This document shows, piece after piece, positions 46,431-56,421 of a DNA stretch of 64,000 bases. Position 1 is the first letter of the stretch. Each line of letters begins with the position of its first letter. A program made the translations under genes and the position numbers. The stretch is taken from contig CABSDO010000001.1 in assembly GCA_902476475.1 (NCBI GenBank), forward strand, positions 4,000-67,999, read 5' to 3'. The notes beneath the pieces were generated by a model. That model saw nothing but the letters and a program-made list of their open reading frames with translations. It was not told the DNA's origin and did no database searches. This DNA is from an uncultured Collinsella sp. (lineage in GTDB: Bacteria > Actinomycetota > Coriobacteriia > Coriobacteriales > Coriobacteriaceae).

Positions 46431-47177
46431 ATGGAAAAGCTGGGAGTTATCGGCGGCATGGGCGCCGAGGCCACGTCGTATTACTACGACCAGGTGGTGC
46501 GTCATACGGCTGCTGCCTGCGATCAAGAACATATCGACATGGTGGTGCTCTCCAAGTCGACCATGCCCGACCGCACGCTGGCCATTAAGACCGGCGAGCA
46601 TGCCAAACTGCTGGCGACCATGAAAGAGTGTGCCCAGGCACTCGAGTCGCTGGGCTGTGCGCACATTGCCATTCCCTGCAACACGTCACACTACTTCTAC
46701 GACCAGATCCAGTCGTTTACCACAGTGCCGATTATCCACATGCCACGCGAGTCGGTTCGCTATGCCCTTGCGGGTGCGGTGATGGGGGAGTGCGAGTTCG
46801 ACCCCAACCTGAGTATGCCGGCCGAGCCGGTGCACAAGATTGGCATCATGGGAACCGACGGAACCGTGGGCGCGGGCGTCTACGGCCGCGAATGCGAGGC
46901 TGCGGGTGTTGAGGTCGTCTATCCCAGCGAGAAACGTCAGAACGATGTGATGTCGCTTATCTACGATGATGTGAAGGCCGGACGTGAGCCCGATATGGAT
47001 AAGTTCGACCGCGTGATGTGGGAGTTCGCCCGTAGCGGCTGCGACCGCGTCATTCTGGCCTGCACCGAGCTCTCGGTGCTGCAGAAGTACCGAGAGATGC
47101 CCGAGGTCACCCTCGACGCCATGGACGTCCTGGTGCGCGAATCCATCATCCGCAGCGGCGCCCCCTACCGCCTCTAG
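46431..47177 (+). CDS. Aspartate/glutamate racemase family protein
   Basis: LGVIGGMG..AT, PDRT, PCNTSH, LACTELS. Confidence 0.9.
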   Translation: MEKLGVIGGMGAEATSYYYDQVVRHTAAACDQEHIDMVVLSKSTMPDRTLAIKTGEHAKLLATMKECAQALESLGCAHIAIPCNTSHYFYDQIQSFTTVPIIHMPRESVRYALAGAVMGECEFDPNLSMPAEPVHKIGIMGTDGTVGAGVYGRECEAAGVEVVYPSEKRQNDVMSLIYDDVKAGREPDMDKFDRVMWEFARSGCDRVILACTELSVLQKYREMPEVTLDAMDVLVRESIIRSGAPYRL

Positions 47178-47302
47178 CTTCTGACCTGCCAAAAAGGGAC
47201 AGGTTTATTTTGGTAGGTTTTATCTGGTGAAACAGTAAAGGCCTCGGCTCGTTTGGTGCGAGCCGAGGCCTTTTGCGTTGGGCGGTTGCTGTCGGTGGTG
47301 AA

Positions 47303-48049
47303 CTAGAACAGGAAACCGATGGCGATGAGGGCGATGCTGACGATGAGCACGGCGATGTCCAGGCCCTTGATGGGGTAGCGCTTGTACGAGCTGGCGCGCG
47401 TACGCAGGTAGAAGCCGCGCTGTTCTGCCGCCAAGGCTGTGGCATCGGTCTTGCCCACGCTCGAGATGAGCAGTGGCACGCACAGTGGCAGCATGAGCTT
47501 AAGCTTCTTGATGGGGTTCTTGGTGTCGTACTCGACGCCGCGTGCGGTCTGCGCCTCCATGATGGCGTTCATCTCCTGACCAAACACCGGCACAAAGCGC
47601 AACGCCGTGGTAAAGGTGAAGGCATAGCGATACGGCACGTGCAGCACCTCGACGCAGGCGTTGGCAAGGTCGTTGAGTTTGGTCACCATGAGCATGAGGA
47701 TGAGTGGTAACGCCACGCTCAGTAGGCGCAGACAGGCCTTCGATCCCGTGATGAGGCCCGTGTCGGTGATAAAGCCCCACACCACGTTGCCATCGCGCAT
47801 AAAGGCCAGCTGGAGCACCAGCATGATAAGCGCGAGCGGAATCAGCAACTTGAGCAGCGAGAACAGACGGTCGACGACGCCGGCATAGGCACCCAGCGCA
47901 AGGGTGAGTGCCAAAAAGCCCAGCAGCGCCACGTAGGTGTCGGACAAAAAGATGCCGACGATGATGGCGGCGGCGAGGCCCAGTTTGACGACGGGGTTTA
48001 GGCGATGCAGCAGTGTATCGCCCGGCATGTAGTCGATGACGTTAACCAC
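47303..48049 (-). CDS. ecfT: ECF transporter T component
   Basis: LHRLNP..K, ALRFVP, AQTARG, EQRGF. Confidence 0.9.
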   Translation of the reverse strand: MVNVIDYMPGDTLLHRLNPVVKLGLAAAIIVGIFLSDTYVALLGFLALTLALGAYAGVVDRLFSLLKLLIPLALIMLVLQLAFMRDGNVVWGFITDTGLITGSKACLRLLSVALPLILMLMVTKLNDLANACVEVLHVPYRYAFTFTTALRFVPVFGQEMNAIMEAQTARGVEYDTKNPIKKLKLMLPLCVPLLISSVGKTDATALAAEQRGFYLRTRASSYKRYPIKGLDIAVLIVSIALIAIGFLF

Positions 48050-49793
48050 GGTGGACCATCTCCTTGGTAATTCGAACGACATCGGTGACCTCGCTCACCT
48101 GCGCAAAAGCGGGCGAGACGGAAGATGCCAGACGGCGCGAGAGTTCGATGACCTGGGGCGGCTCAACGTAGGCATGCTGCATGAGTTCGATGTTCGAGAA
48201 CAGCTCGTGCGTGCGGCCGCGGTCGAGGATGCGACCGTCGGCCATTACCACAATGCGCTCGGCAAAATCCGAGACGACTTCCATATCGTGGCAGACCATG
48301 ATGACGGCGCAACCGCGCTCGGCCATGGTGCGTACCGTTTCCATCACGGTCATGCACTCGCGGTAGTCCAAGCCGCTCGTGGGCTCGTCGAGCACGACGA
48401 TCTTGGGCTCAACCACTACGACGGAGGCAAGTGCCACCATTTGTCGCTGGCCACGCGAAAGCGAGAACGGTGCCTCGTCGGCGGGCAGACCAAAGCGGTC
48501 GATGACCAGCTGGGCGCGGCGCAGCGCCTCGGCACGGTCCATGCCGCCCAGCTCCAAGCCAAAGGCGACCTCGTCGAGCACGGTATCCTTGCAGATCTGG
48601 CGGTCGGGGTTTTGGAAGAGCGGTGCGACCTCGCGGGCAATGCGGCTCGTGGGGACGGTTGCAGTATCCAGGCCCGTAACGCGCACGCTGCCCGAGGCGG
48701 GCTTAAGCAGGCCCGTGAGCAGCTTGGTGAGCGTGGTCTTGCCGGCACCGTTCTGGCCGACGATGCCCACGAGCTCGCCAGGATAGAGCGTCAGGCTAAG
48801 GTCGTGTACGGCGGCGCCGCCATTGGGATAGGCAAACTCAACATGGTCGAAGGTGAGTACGGGTTCGGCGTCCTTGGCATGAGGACGCAACGACGGTGCA
48901 TGCGGGGAACCGGCGGGCGCCTGGGCTTCGATAGCCGCGCGTGCGGGGTCGACGATGCCCGAAATCAGGCGCTCGGCCTCGTCGACATCCAAGCAAGGAG
49001 TACCGCTTACTAGACCATCGGTTTCGAGGCTATTGAAGATACGCGTGACGCGAGGGCAGTCGACGCCGATGGCACGAAGCTCGTCGGTATGCGCGAAGAC
49101 CTCGTGTGGCTCGCCCTGCAGCGCGATTTCGCCATGGTTGAGCACGAGCACGCGGTTGCAGTACTCCGAGAGCAGGGCGACCTTTTGCTCAACGACGACG
49201 ATGGTGATTCCAAGTGCGCGGTTTGCCTCACGCAGCGTCTCGAAGACCAACGTGGAGCTGGCGGGGTCGAGTGCCGCGGTGGGCTCGTCTAGAACCAAGA
49301 CGCGCGGGCGCATGGCGAGGATGGCGGCGATGGCTACCTTTTGCTTCTGTCCGCCCGAGAGCGTGGCGATCTCGCGGTCGCGCAGGTCGCTGATGCCGAC
49401 GGTCTCGAGCGTTTCGCTCACGCGCTGCTCGATCTGGTCGTGGGGAACGCCAAAGTTCTCGAGGCCAAAGAGCATCTCGTCCTCGACGATCGAAGCGACC
49501 ATCTGCGTGTCGATATCCTGTAGCACACTGCCGACGATTTGCGACACGTCGGCGAGCGAGACTTCGCAGGTGTCGTGGCCGTCGACCATAACGGACCCAA
49601 AGAACGTGCCGGTGTAGTGGTGGGGCACGGCGCCCGACAGGCAGGCGGCAAGCGTGGACTTGCCGGCGCCCGAGGGCCCGATGATGCCGATGAAATCTCC
49701 CTTGTTCACGCTGAGCGAGATGTGGCTGAGCGCCTGCTCGGTTTGCGTGCCATAGGAGAACGAGACATCGTCGACGTTGATGATCGTTTCCAT
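48042..49793 (-). CDS. ECF transporter fused double ATPase
   Basis: GPSGAGKS/LSGGQKQ/LDEP and GQNGAGKT/LSRGQRQ/LDEP. Confidence 0.9.
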   Translation of the reverse strand: METIINVDDVSFSYGTQTEQALSHISLSVNKGDFIGIIGPSGAGKSTLAACLSGAVPHHYTGTFFGSVMVDGHDTCEVSLADVSQIVGSVLQDIDTQMVASIVEDEMLFGLENFGVPHDQIEQRVSETLETVGISDLRDREIATLSGGQKQKVAIAAILAMRPRVLVLDEPTAALDPASSTLVFETLREANRALGITIVVVEQKVALLSEYCNRVLVLNHGEIALQGEPHEVFAHTDELRAIGVDCPRVTRIFNSLETDGLVSGTPCLDVDEAERLISGIVDPARAAIEAQAPAGSPHAPSLRPHAKDAEPVLTFDHVEFAYPNGGAAVHDLSLTLYPGELVGIVGQNGAGKTTLTKLLTGLLKPASGSVRVTGLDTATVPTSRIAREVAPLFQNPDRQICKDTVLDEVAFGLELGGMDRAEALRRAQLVIDRFGLPADEAPFSLSRGQRQMVALASVVVVEPKIVVLDEPTSGLDYRECMTVMETVRTMAERGCAVIMVCHDMEVVSDFAERIVVMADGRILDRGRTHELFSNIELMQHAYVEPPQVIELSRRLASSVSPAFAQVSEVTDVVRITKEMVHRG

Positions 49794-49951
49794 GGATACC
49801 TTTCATAGTCATTGGGGACAGTCTTTGGTGGTGAAGCACGGAGACGGCTTTACGAGGTGCCCCAGGTTGGCGCGAAAGAGGAGCGAAGCGTACTTGGGTA
49901 CGCGAGCGTCGAATGAACGCCAAGATGGGGTGGCTCGTAAAGCCGAGCAGG

Positions 49952-50524
49952 TTAGTTGAGCTTAAGGGCCTTCTGGATGGGCAAGTAGAGGGCGCCGACC
50001 AGAATGGCGTTAAAGACGGCGGTCATGGCGACGACGGGCAACATGGCGGCGGCGAGCTCGCCGACCACGCCGAGCATGGCCATCTTGATGACCATGAAGA
50101 TGACGCCGGAGACAAAGGTGGTCAGGAAGGTTGCGACAATGGCGATCGCGGGCTTGGCCTGACCGTTCTTGCCGGCGGCGTTGACGATGCCGGCCATGAG
50201 CATGGCGGCGATGCCCTCAGCGGCAAAATCGACGAACGGCGAAGTGGTGGTGATCTGGATTACGGCAGCCGAGATGAGGCCAATGACGAGCGCCTGGCCG
50301 ATGTTGGGGCGAACGACCAGGATGGTGAGGCAGAAGGCCGAGATGATGAACTCGGGGCTGATCATGCCGCCCGAGATGCCTGAGATGGCCTTGCCGACGG
50401 TGAAGTTGAGGATGAAGCCGGCGGCGAGCAGGATGGCGAGCAGGACGAGGGCGCGGACGTCGAGTTTGCCGCGGTCGGCGGTCTGGACGGTGCGGGGCTG
50501 GGTGGCGGTGGTGTTCTGAGACAT
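49952..50524 (-). CDS. ECF S component, probable tryptophan transporter
   Basis: ~190-aa six-TM-type protein preceded by a Trp-rich leader peptide and attenuator. Confidence 0.8.
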   Translation of the reverse strand: MSQNTTATQPRTVQTADRGKLDVRALVLLAILLAAGFILNFTVGKAISGISGGMISPEFIISAFCLTILVVRPNIGQALVIGLISAAVIQITTTSPFVDFAAEGIAAMLMAGIVNAAGKNGQAKPAIAIVATFLTTFVSGVIFMVIKMAMLGVVGELAAAMLPVVAMTAVFNAILVGALYLPIQKALKLN

Positions 50525-50602
50525 GGTGAAAATCCTTTCGGAAGGGGGGGTGCAAGAGAAAAGCGGGGGCGCGTGATGCGAATGCGATCGGGCTCGAGAT
50601 AG

Positions 50603-50633
50603 AAAAAGGCCCCCGGTCGAAACCGGAGGCCTT
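50603..50633 (-). terminator. Attenuator terminator
   Basis: Minus-strand AAGGCCTCCGGT-TTCG-ACCGGGGGCCTTTTT between the leader and the S-component gene. Confidence 0.75.
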
Positions 50634-50669
50634 CCAATCACCTAGAGCGCAAAAACAGGCGTGAGGGAC

Positions 50670-50738
50670 TCACTGTCGACCGATCGTATTCGCATCACGC
50701 CACCACCAGTTGTTGAGAGACTTCATCGTGTTCTTCAT
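50670..50738 (-). CDS. Trp leader peptide MKNTMKSLNNWWWRDANTIGRQ
   Basis: AAAGGAG RBS and three consecutive TGG codons. Not in the ORF track. Confidence 0.85.
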   Translation of the reverse strand: MKNTMKSLNNWWWRDANTIGRQ

Positions 50739-50925
50739 GTTGGTGGCTCCTTTCGTGATACCGTGGCACGGTCGCACCTAGTTGCTGTTGCGCTGCACTA
50801 TAGCACAGCGAAGTGCGTGCGGGGAAATCTTTTTTGAAAAGATTTCAGGCGGGTTTCCCGCCGGTCAAAAGAGCGGGCTGGGCGGGCGAGGCTGCCATTG
50901 CTGCCTTGCCCGCCCAGCTAAGACG

Positions 50926-52920
50926 TTACTCCTTATTGCGACGGTAGAGGAAGTAACCGCCCGCGGAGATAACGGCAACGCCAGCGATGGCGAATGCAGC
51001 CACCACGCGGCCATCAAAACGATCACCGGTGGTGGGCAGGCCGCCCTTGGTGTTCGTCTTGTTGGTGGTTACCGTGGTCGTGGTGTCCGACTTGCCAGGC
51101 TTCTCGGGCTTGGTGGTGGGCTGCTCGGGCTTACCGGGCTGCTCGGGGGTACCGGGCTGCTCGGGGGTACCGGGCTGCTCAGGAGTACCAGGCTGCTCGG
51201 GAGTGCCAGGCTGATCCGGGGTTACCGGGTCGGTGGCAAGAGCGTCCTTGGCGTAGGTGATGGACTCCTTGAGGCCATGGGTCTCGGTGTTCAGGTCGCT
51301 CGGGGTGAAGGGCTGGTCGAAGTTCTCAGCCTTCAGATAGGCGCGCATCTCCTGGAGCAGGGCCTTGCACTTCTTGTAGGTGTTCTCGGTGGCAGCCTTG
51401 CCTGCCTTGTTGGCCAGAGCGGTGCGACCCTCGGTGGTCGTCTCGGCCAGCATAGCGGCGTCAACTTCCTTGTTCTGCTCGATGAGCTCGTTCTGGAGCG
51501 CGTCGAGGTAGGTGCGGACACTGGTGGCGAATTGTGCGCGGTTTTCGAAGCAAAGCGAGTTGATGTCCATCAGGACGTAGTTAATGGAGTTTTCGGGCTC
51601 CTCGTTGTTCACGATGTCCGTCTCGCTGCAGTGACCATAATCAACGGTCTGGTCGCTGAAGTAGGGGCTGACTTCGGTCATCAGAGCGGAGTATAGCGGG
51701 ATAGCGACGGAGAACTCGGCGCAGGAGAGCATCTCCCACTGGATGGTTGCAACCTCGGGGTCATAGCCCTTTCGAATCTGGAAGAGGTTGGCCTCGGCGT
51801 TGCGGTCGGAACCGATGCTGCTGACACCGTCAGTATTGGCATTAAGGCCGGGGACTTTTTCACCGCGGTTGCCGAAGGCGCGAATCAGCTCAAACGTGTT
51901 CCAGTCGGACTTGCTGGGCTGGAAGAACAGCGGCTGCATCTCATGAACCATGGCACCGAGCGTGACGTCATTCTTGTCCTTGTCCTTGACGATCTCGTAG
52001 TCGGTGCCCTCGGTCAGCGGAGCCATAAAGTAGTCACGGCCCTGGATATAACGCGCCCAAGAGCCCATGCCCGTATTGTTGATAGATGCACCGTAGGTCT
52101 GGGCAACATCGAACTGTCCGTCTTCAAAGTACTTGGCGAAGCCCTTCTCTTCGGGCATAGTCTTGATCCCCTCAGAGTGGAGGCAGTTCTCAGGATCGTC
52201 AAGATTGACCTGGAAATTGAGGTTACTAATGTTGGGGTTGACCGAAGCGACGTCGTCGGTCAGCTTCATAGCGATCCACTGGTGGCCGGAAAGCGCGGCG
52301 AACAGCCAAGTCTCGGTGTTGTCGGCGATGACAATCTGGTCGTTGGAGCAGACGCCCTGCTCGTCAATCAGACTGCCGATAAGCTCGACGCCCTCGCGGG
52401 CCGTTGCGCTCTCGCCCAAGATGACGCCCGCGTAGCTGTACTCGCCGATGCCGGTATTTTTGACCTCGGGATTTGCTTTGTGGGCATGCTTGGTCGTGGG
52501 ATCCGCTGCCTTGGCATCGTCGTTGTAGGAGGTGCTCAGTGTTGCGGAGCAGGAGACGCCCTTCTCATTGATGCCGGCCTCGGAGTAGGCATCCCAGCGT
52601 CCGTCCCACTCAGCAGGATGGTCGCGCACGTAGCTGTAACGATACGTAGTCTTGGTCGAGGTGTAGGAGAATCCGGACTCGTCCGAGCTGTAGGTATGAC
52701 CAGGGCCATAAGAGGGCTCGATGCCATAGTGTTTGAGGTAACGAGTGCCAATGTCCTCGGTGCGGCCATAGTACGTGTTACCGTCGGCCGTAAGGTTCTT
52801 GCCCATGTACATCTGCGTGCAGGCGAGCGCAGACGTCGGCATGGACATGATGGTTGCAGCTCCAAAGGCGAGGCCTATGCCAAGCTTTTTGAGCGCGTTG
52901 ACGGGGTGAGTTTTCCTCAT
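50926..52920 (-). CDS. C69 family dipeptidase, sortase-anchored
   Basis: Signal peptide then ALA/CT nucleophile, GR.ED, AGINEKGVS, ATAREGV; PGTPEQ repeats; LPTTG + TM + basic tail. Confidence 0.88.
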   Translation of the reverse strand: MRKTHPVNALKKLGIGLAFGAATIMSMPTSALACTQMYMGKNLTADGNTYYGRTEDIGTRYLKHYGIEPSYGPGHTYSSDESGFSYTSTKTTYRYSYVRDHPAEWDGRWDAYSEAGINEKGVSCSATLSTSYNDDAKAADPTTKHAHKANPEVKNTGIGEYSYAGVILGESATAREGVELIGSLIDEQGVCSNDQIVIADNTETWLFAALSGHQWIAMKLTDDVASVNPNISNLNFQVNLDDPENCLHSEGIKTMPEEKGFAKYFEDGQFDVAQTYGASINNTGMGSWARYIQGRDYFMAPLTEGTDYEIVKDKDKNDVTLGAMVHEMQPLFFQPSKSDWNTFELIRAFGNRGEKVPGLNANTDGVSSIGSDRNAEANLFQIRKGYDPEVATIQWEMLSCAEFSVAIPLYSALMTEVSPYFSDQTVDYGHCSETDIVNNEEPENSINYVLMDINSLCFENRAQFATSVRTYLDALQNELIEQNKEVDAAMLAETTTEGRTALANKAGKAATENTYKKCKALLQEMRAYLKAENFDQPFTPSDLNTETHGLKESITYAKDALATDPVTPDQPGTPEQPGTPEQPGTPEQPGTPEQPGKPEQPTTKPEKPGKSDTTTTVTTNKTNTKGGLPTTGDRFDGRVVAAFAIAGVAVISAGGYFLYRRNKE

Positions 52921-53225
52921 TTTCCCTCCCAGCGTGCGAAAGCCCTCTGTCGCCAGAGGGCTTCAGCCAATAAAGACACCTCATTAGCGTAACGAACTGG
53001 AAACAATATTCATCTATGAAAGAAACTTACTCGATAAGCGTGATGAAATATGCGATGAGCGGTTAATTGTACTCAGTTTATAGCTTTACTTTAATAAAGA
53101 CGCCCTGTAATTACTGTAGCCAAATAAAGCAGCTGGGAATGCTCGAAATGAAAATCCCCGCTGTTTGGCAAATGCATAAACAGCGGGAGAGTTGATAACT
53201 GGATGAATATCATACTAATGTGGAA

Positions 53226-53318
53226 TTACTTCTTCCGGCGGTGGATCACGTTGATGGCGTAACCGACGAGCATGGCCAAGACGATGACAATAAAGCCGAT
53301 CAGGGGATTGTCGTTCAT
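53226..53318 (-). CDS. 30-aa membrane peptide MNDNPLIGFIVIVLAMLVGYAINVIHRRKK
   Basis: AGGAGG RBS overlapping the upstream stop; host-like codon usage; single TM plus basic tail. Confidence 0.7.
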   Translation of the reverse strand: MNDNPLIGFIVIVLAMLVGYAINVIHRRKK

Positions 53319-53327
53319 GGGGTCCTC

Positions 53328-54245
53328 CTATTTACCAAGCGGTGAGAATTCGTCGACGATGAGGTCGAGGCATTGCGGAAGTGCGCGGGCACCAAAGACG
53401 CCCGAGTTGCTGGAGATGATCTCGCCATCGAACTGCATGCCCAGCGACGGGGTGCAGGTGATCTTGGCTTCCTTGGTCTGGATGATCTTGAACTGCGGGC
53501 GCCCGAGTACCTTGCCGGCGGGGTCAAGCGCAGCGGTGATCACGGTAGGCAACAGCTGCACGGTGCGCACGGGTTCGATGACCGCAATGTCGACCATGCC
53601 ATCGTTCATGCGGCAGTCGGGGAACAGGTTGATGTCGTTTTGGATGACCGAGGTGTTGCCGGCCATGCAGCAGATGCCGTCGAGCTCCTCGACAATGCCG
53701 TCATGCTCAATGGTAAAGTGCGCTACCGTAGGGTTGGGCGTGGCGAGCGCAGAGAGGAAGTAGGCGATCTCGCCGATGTCGTTTTTGGTGGGGGCGGCCT
53801 TCATCATGATCTCGGCGTCGAAGCCCGAGCCGGCGATGATGATAAAGCCGTGGCGCTTCTCGTTGCCGTCCTCGTCGAGCCAAAAGAGCTCGCCCATGTC
53901 GACTTTGACCGTGCGACCGGCGCGGCAAGCCTTGGCAAGCGCCGCTGCCTCGGGGGCATTGCCGATGTTGTTGAAGAACAGGCAGGCCGTACCAGAGGGG
54001 AAAACGAGCGTGGGGACACCGCACCCGCGCATCTGGTCGAGCACGTTGGAGACGGTGCCGTCGCCGCCCGAAACGACCACGCGATCGAATTCGCGCACGT
54101 CCGCCACGGCATCCTCGGGTTCCATACCATCGCCGATAAAACGCATCACGACCTCGTCGCCGCCCTGCGCGAGGGCGTGCGTAAATGCGTAGATTTCATC
54201 TGAGCTGGGGCCCGATGCCGGGTTGTGGATGATAAGGCAGCGCAT
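53328..54245 (-). CDS. Diacylglycerol/lipid kinase family protein
   Basis: HNPASG, GGDGT, PSGT, GSGFDA, QFDGE. Confidence 0.9.
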   Translation of the reverse strand: MRCLIIHNPASGPSSDEIYAFTHALAQGGDEVVMRFIGDGMEPEDAVADVREFDRVVVSGGDGTVSNVLDQMRGCGVPTLVFPSGTACLFFNNIGNAPEAAALAKACRAGRTVKVDMGELFWLDEDGNEKRHGFIIIAGSGFDAEIMMKAAPTKNDIGEIAYFLSALATPNPTVAHFTIEHDGIVEELDGICCMAGNTSVIQNDINLFPDCRMNDGMVDIAVIEPVRTVQLLPTVITAALDPAGKVLGRPQFKIIQTKEAKITCTPSLGMQFDGEIISSNSGVFGARALPQCLDLIVDEFSPLGK

Positions 54246-54343
54246 ACTTACGTTCCCGTTCTGTGACTAACCGAGTATAGTTGTAAGGCAATGCCGATAT
54301 CCTACCCGTGTTTTTCGGGCCTAACCTTATTCGATGGGTTGAT

Positions 54344-55477
54344 ATGTACATTTCCACACATCAGGCTCTACTCGACTTTTGCCAGCGCGCCCGTGAGTTC
54401 GACGCGATTGCCGTCGATACCGAGTTTTTGCGCGAGCGCACATTTCATCCGCGTCTGTGCTTGGTTCAGATTGCCACCCCTGCCGAGAGCGTTGCGGTCG
54501 ATCCCCTGGTAATCGACGACCTATCGCCGCTGGCCGAGCTTATGGCCGACGAGAGCGTGATCAAGGTCTTCCACGCGTGCTCGCAGGATATGGAGGTCAT
54601 GCTCCATACCGTGGGCGTGCTGCCGCGACCGATTTTCGATACGCAGGTCGCCGCCGCCTTTTTGGGCGAGCGCCAGCAGATTTCGTATGGCGCGCTTGTT
54701 CAGACGTTCTGCGGCGTATCGCTGCCCAAGACCGAGTCGCTGACCGACTGGTCGCGCCGCCCGCTGACCGATAAGCAGATTGAGTATGCGATCGATGACG
54801 TCAAGTACCTGATCGTCGCCTATACCGAGATGATGAGCCGCCTGCGCGAGCTGGGCCGTGTGGACTGGGTGCTCGACGAGCTGCGCCCGATGGCTGACGA
54901 GTCGCACTATCGCGCCGATCGCCACGAGGCGTTCCGCAAGGTCAAACGCATCAATTCGTGCAGCCGTCACCAGTTGGGCATCGCGCGCGAGCTCGCCGCC
55001 TGGCGCGAGGACCGCGCCGAGCGCCGTAACATCCCGCGCAAGTGGGTCATGTCCGACGACACGCTGCTGGCGCTCGTCAAGCGCAATCCTGTGCGCGTTG
55101 AGGAGTTCCGCAGCATCCGCGGCACCGATCAGCTGGGGGAGCGCGATGTGGACGGCGCGCTCATGGCCATCAAGCGCGGCGCGAGCTGCCCGCACGATCG
55201 CCTGCCACTCATGGTGCGCGGGCATCGCCAGATCTCTCCGGAGCTGGAGAGCGTGACGGACCTGATGTATGCGCTCATTCGCCTAGTTGCCGAGCGCTCG
55301 GGCGTGGCGACCTCGGTCATTGCCTCGCGCGATGACCTGGCCGACTACATTGAGCATCCCGAGCAGAGCCCCCTGCGCGAAGGCTGGCGTTTTGAGCTTG
55401 TGGGTTCGCGTCTAGACGATCTGCTTTCCGGCAATATGGGGCTGACGGTGAAGGACGGAAAAATCGAGCTTTTATAG
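54344..55477 (+). CDS. rnd: Ribonuclease D
   Basis: AVDTEF.RERT, KVFHA..QD, FDTQ, TDWSRRPL, YA.DDV, WRE HRDC domain. Confidence 0.92.
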   Translation: MYISTHQALLDFCQRAREFDAIAVDTEFLRERTFHPRLCLVQIATPAESVAVDPLVIDDLSPLAELMADESVIKVFHACSQDMEVMLHTVGVLPRPIFDTQVAAAFLGERQQISYGALVQTFCGVSLPKTESLTDWSRRPLTDKQIEYAIDDVKYLIVAYTEMMSRLRELGRVDWVLDELRPMADESHYRADRHEAFRKVKRINSCSRHQLGIARELAAWREDRAERRNIPRKWVMSDDTLLALVKRNPVRVEEFRSIRGTDQLGERDVDGALMAIKRGASCPHDRLPLMVRGHRQISPELESVTDLMYALIRLVAERSGVATSVIASRDDLADYIEHPEQSPLREGWRFELVGSRLDDLLSGNMGLTVKDGKIELL

Positions 55478-55601
55478 TTACGCGGTTTGCCAAACGCTGT
55501 AAACGTTCTAGAGCGGCAATGCCAAAACATCGATGGCGTCTCGTTGGCTGGGCGAGTGGGTAGAATGCCTCCAACGTGTAACTCGATTCGGAGGAATTCG
55601 C

Positions 55602-56306
55602 ATGCCTTATTACTATGGATACGGCTTTGGCATCGACCCGCTGTACCTGCTGGTTGTTCTTGTCTGCACGGTGCTTGGCCTTGCCGCACAGAACTATATC
55701 AACTCGACGTACAAAACCTGGTCCAAGGTTCGCTCGGACGGCGATACGGGTGCCACGGTCGCTCGCCGCATGCTCGATGCCAACGGTTGCAACGCCGTGG
55801 GTATCGAGGGTGTTGCCGGCGAGCTCACCGATCATTACAACCCGCAGGACAACAACCTGTATCTGTCGGATGCCAACCGTTCGGGCGGGTCGGTCGCAAG
55901 CGTTGCCGTCGCCTGTCACGAGGCGGGCCACGCCGCCCAGCGTCAAAGCGGCTACGCCATGATGAAAGTGCGTACCGCCCTGGTTCCGGTTGTCAACTTT
56001 ACCCAGAACACTTGGACCATCGTGTTGCTCTTGGGCCTGTTTATGAACATTGCCGGGCTCACATCCCTCGCACTGATCTTCTTCTCGTTTAGCGTGTTGT
56101 TCCAGCTGGTTACGCTGCCGGTCGAGATTGATGCTAGTCGGCGCGCCGTGGCGTATATTGAGCAGTCGGGCATGAGCTCCAAGCAGGTCAACGGTGCCAA
56201 GAAGGTACTGACGGCAGCCGCGCTTACCTATGTGGCCGCAGCGCTCACGTCGATCATTCAGCTGCTCTACCTTATGGCTCGCTACAACAGAAACTCCAAC
56301 CGATAA
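55602..56306 (+). CDS. YugP-like zinc metallopeptidase
   Basis: LTDHYNP, HEAGHAAQ, VTLPVE.DAS.RA, AAALTYVAA. Confidence 0.9.
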   Translation: MPYYYGYGFGIDPLYLLVVLVCTVLGLAAQNYINSTYKTWSKVRSDGDTGATVARRMLDANGCNAVGIEGVAGELTDHYNPQDNNLYLSDANRSGGSVASVAVACHEAGHAAQRQSGYAMMKVRTALVPVVNFTQNTWTIVLLLGLFMNIAGLTSLALIFFSFSVLFQLVTLPVEIDASRRAVAYIEQSGMSSKQVNGAKKVLTAAALTYVAAALTSIIQLLYLMARYNRNSNR

Positions 56307-56421
56307 CAAATGGGACAGGCAGGCGCCGCGGGGATTCGTGTCCCCGGGGCGCTGTACTATGTGTTGGACTTGAATTTGCGCAGGGCCGAAGCCCTTGTGC
56401 GCGATGACGAAAGGAGGCTGC

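Noticed and set aside
51117..51220. 18-bp tandem repeats
   Set aside because: They encode the PGTPEQ cell-wall spacer of a sortase-anchored peptidase, an ordinary coding repeat.
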